Part shown: positions 12,559-24,137 of the stretch, piece after piece
Layout: each line of letters starts with the position of its first letter
Numbering within the stretch: position 1 is the stretch's first letter
Origin: Octopus vulgaris
Lineage: Eukaryota
DNA: 64,000 bases
Assembly (NCBI GenBank): GCA_951406725.2
Contig: OX597824.1
Location: 73,594,001 to 73,658,000 of the forward strand
Reading direction: 5' to 3'
Made by a program: the position numbers and the translations under genes
The notes under the pieces: generated by a model
The model's database searches: none
Seen by the model: the letters and a program-made list of their open reading frames with translations, nothing else
What the model was told of the DNA's origin: nothing

Positions 12559-15500
12559 ATAATAATAATTCCTTTCCAGGATTTTTGTGGGGAGGGTGAC
12601 AATTGATCACATTGACCCCAGTACTTGACTGGTACTTAATTTATCGACCTTGGCGGAATTTGAACTCAGAATGTCAGGACAGATGAAATGCCATTAGACA
12701 TTTCACCCAGCGTACTAACAATCCTGCCAGCTTGCCACCTTACTACTACTACTAATAATGATAATGATAATAATTGCTGTGTGTTAAGAAGCTTGCTTCC
12801 CAACCACATGGTTCCAGTGCAGTTGTCTCTCTTGCACACCACAATGGATGCCTCTAATGCCCAACTTTTCTCTTGTTAAGATAAAATCCTTTTGTATATA
12901 GGAAGTCGGATAGGGGAAGAAGTGTTGAGATAACTTGATTAGATACAGGGTGTCCCAAAAGTCACTGATGTGTTTCAATTTTTAGTAACTTCCTTAATGT
13001 TACAAATGAATGCATGAAATTTTGATACAATATAAAGGACATTATGGAAATTAATATGCACAAGTCGAATTTTACAACACCACTACATCACATATGAAAA
13101 ATGACATCGATTAAATGGCATTAACCTTTTTGTGACCATATTTCTGTTGAAATACACTGACAATGTTTCAGTTAATTTTGAAAATAATGAAGAATTTATT
13201 GAAATAGCCTTGTTGTTATTTAACTGGAGTTTGGAACATGAATCAACCATGGATGGTTTTAATTTAGATCACCTTAACCTATTTCTTTATTACCCACAAG
13301 GGGCTAAACATAGAGGGGACAAACAAGGACAGACATAGGTATTAAGTCAATTACATCGACCCCAGTGCGTAACTGGTGCTTAATTTATCGACCCTGAAAG
13401 GATGAAAGGCAAAGTTGACCTCGGCGGAATTTGAACTCACAACGTAACGGCAGACGAAATACCGCTAAGCATTTCGCCCGGCGTACTAACGTTTCTGCCA
13501 GCTCGCCGCCTTATTTAGATCACCTTAACCGTTTAGCATTTAAACCTGCCATTGCTGGCCCAGATATTCTACATGTTTTATGGTCAAACTGACCAGATCT
13601 AGCCTCTCACACCTACCCTATAATGTAATTCTAAAAATAAACAATTACATCATTGAAATCCCAAAGCCATGAGATAATCATGATTAACCCTTTCAATGCC
13701 AACCTGGCTGAAACTGCCTCTAGCTCTGTAGTCATCATCATCGTTCGACCGTGGTCAAGACAATGGAATTTACTATGTTATGCCAGACTTCACGGTCCAT
13801 CATAGCATTACGGAGGTCCTGTTGCTGGATGCCTGTATCCCTGAAGATTACATTAGGGTAGGAGAGTGTGCGCCCTCTGGTATCGCAAGCAGATGGCTTC
13901 CAGAGGAGAAGAGTAGAAATTACCTCGTTTTCAGCTCTACAACAATGTCCAGCAAACTGTAGCACTAATGTCTTGTTTTCAAAAGTTCTCATTTAAAATC
14001 TTCCACCAAATCATAGTCACAATTTATGTTCCTAACACTAGCTTAATGATAACTAAGTTATTTTGCTAATTTCTTTGTCATATTTAAAATTAGTTGAAAG
14101 AAACACAGAGCATCTCAATAAAAATGGAGTAACAAAATGGTTTATTCAATGGTTAATTCAAAACACCGAATACATAAGCATTGCATTCAGCAGGTTAATC
14201 TGAACACTAAAGGGTTAAAACAGTGGATTTGTATCATAGAACCAGGGATGATCTCAGGCAGTTTGGTATCAAAAGGGTTAACCCTTTAGCATTTAAACTG
14301 GTCATATCTGGCCAAAATATGTTGTTATATATTCGAACCAACCAAATCCAGCCTCACACACCTACCCTACAATGTCATTCTAAAAATAAACAATCACATC
14401 ATTGAAATCTCTAAGTTGAAATAATGCATGATTAATTCATTTGACTGACTTATCTGAATACTGAAGGGTTAAACTACTTGTTAAATCTCTATCTTCAGAT
14501 TGTGGAGAACGGTTGATGGTTTTAAACCAGAACTATAGCCATGTAGAGAATTTCTATTTTATAATAGACATGGTTTCATATTACAAATAGACATATTAAT
14601 AATTTGGAATATCCAAAAGAGATACATTAATTATATGTTCTAATTGTTTTGTTTAGGATGTGGCTTGAATTTCCATAAACGATGTGCCTATAAGATCCCC
14701 AATAATTGCAGCCTAGAGAAACATCGGAGACCTTCTACTGGAAGCGTTAAATCAGAAGTAGCCTCAGACTCCCAAGTAAGTACTTATTTTTCTGTTTGTC
14801 TGTCTCTCTTTCTCTTTTTTTTTTTAAATGTCTATTTTTCGCTCAGCTTTTCTGATGATAACCAGAAAACCACAAGTGTTGGCGAAAGATTGTTATATAC
14901 AGTACTCTGTCTTTCTATTTTTCACTCTCTTGCTATCTCCCTTGCTCTCTTGCTCCCTCTCGCTTCTTCTCTCCCTCTTTCTTTCTTTCTCTATCTCTCT
15001 CTCTCTCTCCCTCTCTCACCACTTTTTGCTCAAGCCTTCTGAAGATAACCACAAAATATTCTCAAGATTGTTATATATAGTGCTCTCTCTCTCCCTCTCT
15101 CTCTTTCTCTTGCTCTCATACTCTTTGTCTTTCGCTTTTGCTCTCATTCTCTTTCTTGCTTTTTGCCCCTCCCTCCCTCTCTCCTACTACTTCTCTGGCT
15201 ATTTTCTCCTTCCATTTTTTTTACTCAGTCTTTCTGAAAATAGTCACAATTGTTGTCAAAAGATTCTTATATGTACTACAAGCATTTCTATTTTGTATTG
15301 CTTTTCTCTTATAATACATATTTTATAGAAGGCGTCGCATTTGGAGAAACGTTAGCATGCCAGACAAAATGCTAAGTGCTATTTTGTCTGTCTTTACATT
15401 CTGAATTATAAATTCCGCCGAGGTTAAATTTGCCTTTCATCCTTTTGGGGTCGATAAGTTAAATACCAGTTGCATACTGGGGTTGATCTAATCGACTGGC

Positions 15501-18242
15501 CTCCTCCCCAAAAATTTCAGGCTCTTGTGCTTACAGCAGAAAAGAATACATGTTTTATGGAAGGCTTCGCATTGGGAGAAATATTAGCATGCCAGGCAAA
15601 ATGCTTAGCGGTATTTCATCTGTCTTTACATTCTGAGTTCAAATTCTGCTGAGGTCGACTTTGCCTTTCATCCTTTTGGGCTCGATTAAATAAGTACCAG
15701 TTACGCACTGGGGTTGATATAATCGACTTAATCTGTTTGTCTGTCCTTGTTTGTCCCTTCTGTGTTTGGCCCCTTGTGGGTAGTAAAGAAATAGGTATTT
15801 CATCTGTCTTTACATTCTGAATTATAAATTCCGCCGAGGTCAAATTTGCCTTTCATCCTTTTGGGGGTCGATAAATTAAATACTAGTTGCATACTGGGGT
15901 TGATCTAATCAACTAGCCTCCTCCCCCAAATTTCAGGCTCTTGTGCCTAGAGCAGTCAAGAATACATATTTTATGATTACAAAATAACACAGGTTCATCA
16001 TTGTGGTTGTGTTATTATCACCACCACTACAGTCACCTCTGCCACCTCTATTTTTTCTTATTCTTACCTATAAAAAGTACCCTGGCACATAAAAAGCACC
16101 CTTGGCACGTAAAAAGCAGCCACAACACTCATGGAGTGGTTGGCATTAGGAAGGGCATCCAGCTGTGGAAACACTCTCAGATCAGACTGGAGCCTGAGGC
16201 AGCCTCCTGGCTTCCCAGACCCCGGTTGAACCGTCCAACCCATGCTAGCATGGAAAACGGACATTAAACGATGATGATGATGATGATGCACTCTGTTGTT
16301 TCAAAGAAAAATCAAAAGCTGGTATTCCCTCTCTATGTCATCCTGTCTCCATGCTGTTAACTATGGGTAGGTGTTAATTACAAGTATACAGAAAAGGTGG
16401 CGAGCTGGCAGAAACGTTAGCACGCCAGGTGAAATGCTTAGCAGTATTTCATCTGCCGCTACGTTCTGAGTTCAAATTCCGCCGAGGTCGACTTTACCTT
16501 TCATCCTTTCGGGGTTGATTAAATAAGTGCCAGTTATGCACAGGGGTCGATATAATCGACTTAATCCATTTGTCTGTCCGTGTTTGGACCCTTGTGGGTA
16601 GTAAAGAAATAGGTATTTCATCTGTCTTTACATTATTCTGAGTTCAAATTCTGCCAAGGTTGACTTTGCCTTTTATCCTTTTGGTGGTCAATAAATTAAG
16701 CATCAGCTGCATACTGGGGTCGATCTAATTGACTGGCCCCTTCCCCCAAAATTTGGGGCTCTTGTGCCTAGAGTAGAAAAGAATCATTAACATGCAGGGT
16801 TTTATGCTTAGTGGCATTTCATCCATCTTTACATACTGGGTTCAAATGTCATGGGGGTCAACTTCGCCTTTCATCCTTTCGGAAGTTAATAAAATAAGTA
16901 CCAGTTGAACACTAAGGTCAATTTAATCAACTTAGCCCCTCTGCCCCAAAATTACTGGCCTTGTGCAAAAATTTGAAACCAAGTATACAGAAACCTTGTA
17001 TAAGGAAAAAATACAATTATGAAAAGTGAAAGCAGTACAATCACCAGGCGAGTTTATTAGGAGTTTGCTTCCATCACCATCACTTGTAAGAGCAATCTCA
17101 ATTACCAGTCAAATTCACTCAATCCACAGGATAGTTGTAGATATATTATGTCTCAGAAAAGAACCAGACAAGATGGTCATGTCTGGAATGTCTTTGATTA
17201 TTGAACTGCTAGGTCAGGTCATACAACACCACCACCACTTCCTGTTATAGCTCAAAGCCAATGAAGGAGGTTCTACATGGTCACTCAATCTGCTAGAAAT
17301 AGCTGCCAAGTCTCCCTCAAATTGCACCTAATGGCTTTAAAATATGTGATGGAAATATTTCCTCATCTGCCCATTGTAGCCTTTAGGTGTTACAAAAATA
17401 TAGGTACAATAAATAAAAGTAACCATACCCCTAATTGCAATAAAAAAACCCACGGAGTTGCAAGAGAAAGCCCTGTTCATTGTGCAACATCATAAGTCAA
17501 TTCCATCACAAATTACAACAGAAATGTTATGATCTATACAGAAAGTTTGGGCCTGTAATGATTCCCATTTAGTGTACACAGCAGAATGCATCAAACACAA
17601 CTTGTTTTATGTTAGTTGTACAACAGAAAGCTTAAATGAATGCGCATAGGTATAAGATCTGGCCCAATAACAGTATATTTCATTTCATCTAGTTTCGGCT
17701 CACGAGCTGTGGCCATGCTGGGGCACCGCCATTCAAAACAATGTGTTACGCTTACTGCACCTAGGTTTCCCAAGCAGTCACCCATCTAAGTACTGATTAG
17801 GCTCGACGTTGCTTAACTTCGGTGATCGGACGAGAATCGGTGCTTTCAGGGTGATATGGCCGTAAACTTTGATAGAACTTTCAAACATTTTACATCAAAC
17901 AACTGTAAATTTGGCAAATATTTGAAAGTATGCATTCTCAGAAAGTATTGTGACTGTACTGAACTTTCAGTTCTCAAGCCACATGGAAATAAATATATTT
18001 GTGAGTTACTAGCACCAGGCTCTTGAGGGATGAATAAAATGACAGGAAAATTCTATCAGATGTATACAAAACATTTTTGACCAAGTGGCTGAGTGTCCTC
18101 TGTCCTTTTTGTTTTCCTTTTTTTTTTTAAATCTAAGAAGAATGTAGAATTGTCCAGTTTTCGAATTTCTGCACTTATGAGTGGATTTGGTAGACAGTAT
18201 GTGTGTGCGTGTGTGTGTGTACACACACACATACATAAACAT

Positions 18243-18285
<43 letters not shown>

Positions 18286-18434
18286 ATGAAGGATCATGGG
18301 TAAAGCCAAAACAATGTGAAGTAAATGCAAGTTAAATCACAAGAAAACAAATATGTGAATTAATGTAGACTTACCTTGTATTCAATATTTCAGGGTTTTG
18401 ACCCCATTTTCAAGAAATTGATGAATGTTGCTGA

Positions 18435-18491
<57 letters not shown>

Positions 18492-18608
18492 ATGTGTGTA
18501 TATATATATATATATATGTGTATGTATGTGTGTATGTGTGTATATATATATATATGTGTGTGTGTATGTGTGTATATGTATATGTGTGTGTATATATGTG
18601 TATGTGTG

Positions 18609-18663
<55 letters not shown>

Positions 18664-18674
18664 GTATGCATGTT

Positions 18675-18710
<36 letters not shown>

Positions 18711-18750
18711 CATGTTTGTGTGTATATATATATATATATGTATGCATGTT

Positions 18751-18794
<44 letters not shown>

Positions 18795-20094
18795 CATGTT
18801 TGTGTATATATATACACACACACTGAAAGAAGCCTGTGAGTGAACTTACCTTGTATTCAGTATTCCGGGGTTATGACCCCATTTTCAAGAAATTGACGAA
18901 TGTTACTGATGCATATATATATATATACTGAAAGAATCCTGTGAGTAGATTTGGTAGACAAAAATTGAAAGAATAAGTACCAGGCTTATAAAAAGTGATT
19001 ACTGGGGTTGATATATTTGACTTAAAATTATTGAAGGCAGTGCCCCAGCATGGCCACAGTCTAATGACTGAAACAAGTAAAAAATAAAAGATAAAACTAC
19101 ACTCACACATATCTACATTTATATAATAAATGCACACATACACATGCATGTGCACATACACAATTTTACATGGTTCTACTTCTAATATTGTTTTAATGTT
19201 TCTCTTCCTTTTTTTCTTTTTCATTTTTCTTTATAAAACCAGTCTTTAATTGTCCCAACCTTGGGTCCACCCTTGTCTCCGAGCTTCGATGGCCGCAACA
19301 ACAGGTCAAAATCGTGGAGTGGCCGGCCAATATGGATTGACAAGCATTATGCAGATAGGATAAAGGTGCCACATACGTTCAATGTGCACAACTACACAAA
19401 GCCGACCGTCTGCCAGTACTGCAAGAAACTGCTGAAGGGACTCTTCCGTCAGGGAATGCAGTGCAAAGGTCAGTAGTAATATGTCTATGTAATCTATATG
19501 TATAAAGCTGAAGCTGGCTGTGCGAGGCAGGTTTTGTAGCTTTTAACTAATACTATCTCTTTTGAAACCCTACGGTGCGAGTTGACCAAAATTGAGAGTA
19601 TGATAGAAGAAGGCTTGCTCTTCATTCCGTACAAGAAAAAATTCAAATTGGACCATGTTAAGACCAAAAGTTATTTACATCAAAAAGGTGCTTTTTTTCT
19701 ATGAAAATCCCTATTTTTTACGATTTTTTTACTGCTGTTTCGCAATTTTTCGATGTATTTCAACCAGAAAAATGTTCACTTAAAGAGAGTAACAAGCTAC
19801 ATAATGCAAAATTTTTACTTTTCAAAAATTCCAATTCTAAAGGGTTGAAAAGAAAACAAACCCGAGCAATGCCGGGCAATACTGCTAGTATACAATAAAT
19901 ATGTAGGTCTGTATAATGCAATGTAATGTTGTGTAGTTTATATACCCAGATTGTCGTCTTCTTGTGATACTTACTCATACATACAGATGTGTGTACACAC
20001 ACATATGTATACATCCATATACATGAACATATATCTATGTATATGTGATTATATTTTTTGTGTGTGTCTATATATTTATGTATACACACACACT

Positions 20095-20143
<49 letters not shown>

Positions 20144-22598
20144 GTATATCTATATGTATATAAAAATTATCATCACATTGAATGTCCATCTTCCATGCAG
20201 TAGGTTACTGTGTCTGTTTTGGCAGGGAGTCTATGGCTGGATGCCCTTCCTAACACTAACCACTCTTCAGAGTGGACTCAGTGCCTATTATGTGGCACTA
20301 GCACAGGTGAGGTTAGATTTGGCATGATATTTACAGCTTGATGCCCCTCCAAATGCCAACCATGTTACCAAGTGGACTGGATGCTTTTGACATGACACCA
20401 GCACTTGCAGGGTAACCAAGTAACTCACAAGACAAGGAATTTTGAGAGGGGCAAAGCATTTAGGGAGGGGAACTTGTGTCAGAAGTTGAAAGGCTGGTGT
20501 TTGACAACAAGACATATAAGTATATATATATATATATATATATATATAATGCTGGCCATTGATAAAATTTTTTTCGAAAAATTTCATCCTATATTAGATG
20601 TATATATATAAGTATTCCAAACGAGTTTGGATTAATATTGAGATATATAGAAATATATTTCGATAGTTGTAAATTCTACTTACTTAATTATTTTGTCCAT
20701 TATAATTTTGTTGTTTTTTAATTGTAATTGCTATGTAGTTGAAAAGTTAATACTCACACTCATAATACATAGGCATTTGAATTAATTGTTTTACAATCCA
20801 GCCGTCCTTTCACACACACAGAATTTCATCTGTCTTTAAACCTTAGCTCTGATGAGACTTTATATAAGCGAATTGAATTGTTTATATATCAAAAATGTAT
20901 ATAAGTCAAAACAAATCGTTGGATATTTTGGTTTCTTAAATCAATTGTTGTTCATATATCATCATCATCGTTTAACGTCCGTTTTCTGTGCTAGCACGGG
21001 TTAGGGGAACTTGTGTTAAAAGATGAAAGATTAGAATGTGACAGAGAGACAGAGAGGTAGAAACATATGTCTTGCTATAATGGAGGAGGTGATCTGGTGT
21101 CAGATGAAGATTAGAGTGTGACAACGAAATAGAGAGGCAGGAATAAGACCAAAAGACAGTTACTCAGAGAGAGAGAGAAAGAGAGAGAGAGCTAGCTACT
21201 AATAGTTTCATGCATTAATAACATGCCTTGTGTCTCCAAGCAGTCTTTGGGCTTTGAGCACATGGCCTGTATACATACATACATATATATATATAATATG
21301 CATATGAATAATAAGGGTTCATATCAAAAGACAGATGATGATACAAAATGGTAGAAGAAAGCTTTTCTCTCATTAGCTAGTTGCAAAGTAAAACGGGTGA
21401 AAGCTTTCTTCTCACAAGCCATTAGAACTCTTGTTTGAGTCTTGCGTAAACATAAGCGTTAGTTCACAGTAAGTCACAGTAAATCAAGAGCATTTACATG
21501 GTGAGAATAAGGAAGATCATCTTCAAAGAATAAATGTAATGAAAAAGAAAGGAATAACAAGCCAATCAAATTTTCATTTTCCCTCTTAAACCTTCACAAA
21601 AGTGTTTTTATACCCAAAGTATCTGAACTATTAAATAATTTAATGGGGCAATTCAAAATCTTTCTTCTTGTTCATCTTGGTATTTAATCTTCTAACAGCA
21701 TTTCTATAACCTTCATCTTTGAATGTGTGTGGTGAGGGTGTTACATTGATCTGCAGCTTGGTAGGAATTATTTTTAAGACTTGGTTAATGCCATCCATGT
21801 GTCGAGAGATGCAGTTTTGTATAAATGTTATACTTAGCTAATTTCTTTCTGAATTGCCTATCCCACTCACCATTAAAAAAAAGTTGGTAACATCTCCATC
21901 AATTCTAATGCTGCTTGCACTGCCTTTCATACATTTATAGTTTGTTGGCCATAAACTAAATTTCTAATGGTTGCAGTAGAATTGTGTCAGTGACCAAGTT
22001 GCAGTTTTGTAACAAAAATTTCGACACCTCAAGAAATAAATTAAAAGTGAATTTAACAGCTTTTGTATGTTTTTAGATAGCTAGAAAGGTTGTTCCATGA
22101 TGTAACTGCTTCAATTCCAATGGCATGGTCTCCGATTAACTCATTGGTAGTCAACTACAACTCTATAAATTTTTTATAGCTTTTTTTTTATATATTCATT
22201 TTCTTTTTTCTTGTTTTTTTTTTCTTTTTTTTTTTTGCTTATTTTAACATCCTATGTAAGAAATTCGATAATGGGATTACATCTATCATTCCTGATGGCA
22301 ACCATTTAAGGTTTGAAATGAGGGTATGGAAGTGTGAAACACTGAAGAAATAAATACATACATACATACATACATACATACATACATACATACATAGACA
22401 CACACACAGATATATACATATATACATACATTACACATACAAATACATACATCTATATATAATGTAAAATATATATATACATCATCATTGTCTTCACTCC
22501 AGACACTCTCACACACTGCTCCTCGCATCCCATCCACCTACCTATTCAATATTTTGTATGTATGTATGTATATATATATATATATATATATACATACA

Positions 22599-22638
<40 letters not shown>

Positions 22639-22680
22639 GGCAGTGCATCAGCATGGCCGCAGCTCTGAGCTGAAACTTTA

Positions 22681-22732
<52 letters not shown>

Positions 22733-24100
22733 ATAAATATTAGGGAATAAATCCAAATTTACAGGAAAAAAATCAGATTTAGGATTAAATCCAATTTTAT
22801 AGTAAAATATTATAAAATATTATTAGAGACAAAACCACTATTTTGCAAAACAAACAAGGAAAGACTTAATCAATACATAAAATTTTAATAAATAGTCTCT
22901 TCTTTTTTTTTTTAAAATATAATAGAGAGAGAGAGAGAGAGAATGTGCATCATACCCATTTCTCACTCAGGTATACAGGTAGTGTATGTTAAGAATGAGC
23001 CACCATCATTGTCTTCACTCCAGACACTCTCACACACTGCTCCTCGCATCCCATCCACCTACCTATTCAATATTTTCTTCCTCAGTGAGATAATGTTTAC
23101 ATTTTTGCCTTAATTTCATTTGTTTTGCTTTTTTATTTATTTTTTTTTTTTATTTCTGTTATTTCTCTTTCCAGATTGCAAGTTTAATTGCCACAGGAAA
23201 TGTGCCAATAATGTTCCAAATGACTGTTCTGGAGACATGATAAGTATGGACACTGGAAGTAAGGATCTTTTAAATAAATACATACATACATACATAAATC
23301 AGCATGTCTAGATATGTAGATATATGCATGAAAAGGTGTACATAAAACAAAACATACAGATCTGCACATATACATATACATACATACATGCATGCATACA
23401 TACATAGATACATATATACATATATACATACATACATGAGCATGTCTAGATATGTAGATATATGCATGAAAAGGTGTACATAAAACAAAACATACAGATC
23501 TGCACATACATACACATGCATACATACATACATAGATACATATATACCTATATACATACATGCATGCATACATACATACATACATACATACATACATACA
23601 TAAGCATGTCTAGATATGTAGATATATGCATGAAAAGGTGTACATAAAACAAGACATACAGATCTGCACATACATACACATGCATACATACATACATAGA
23701 TACATATATACCTATATACATACATGCATGCATGCATGCATACATACATACATACATACATACATACATACATACATAAGCATGTCTAGATATGTAGATA
23801 TATGCATGAAAAGGTGTACATAAAACAAAACATACAGATCTGCACATACATACATAGATACATATATACCTATATACATACATACATACATGAGCATCTC
23901 TAGATATGTAGATATATGCATGAGAAAACATACATAAAACAAACCATACAAATCTGCACATACACATGCATACATGCATACCTGTTTTTGATGTTGAAAT
24001 TCCAATGGAGGAGCCTTGGATCTAGGTTAGAAACTGGCTCTTTCTCTATTAGCAAGAAATCTTGAAATAAAACTGAATAATGACATACTTGTATGCATGT

Positions 24101-24137
<37 letters not shown>

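Larger units (their letters stand above)
13121..14472. mobile_element. Cluster of nested TTAA-flanked (piggyBac-type) non-autonomous elements
   Basis: Repeated ttaaccc.../...gggttaa ends near 13121, 13526, 13684, 14219, 14280 and 14472. Uninterrupted relatives lie at 25375-25594 and 56023-56226. Confidence 0.7.

Noticed and set aside
18376-18843. Many YI/CV/HT-rich ORFs here and elsewhere, including the poly-K/F ORFs at 51783-52914
   Set aside because: Translations of microsatellites and homopolymers.
23296-23980. Repeat-spacer pattern resembling a CRISPR array
   Set aside because: The spacers are (CATA)n variants in a eukaryotic intron, with no cas genes.
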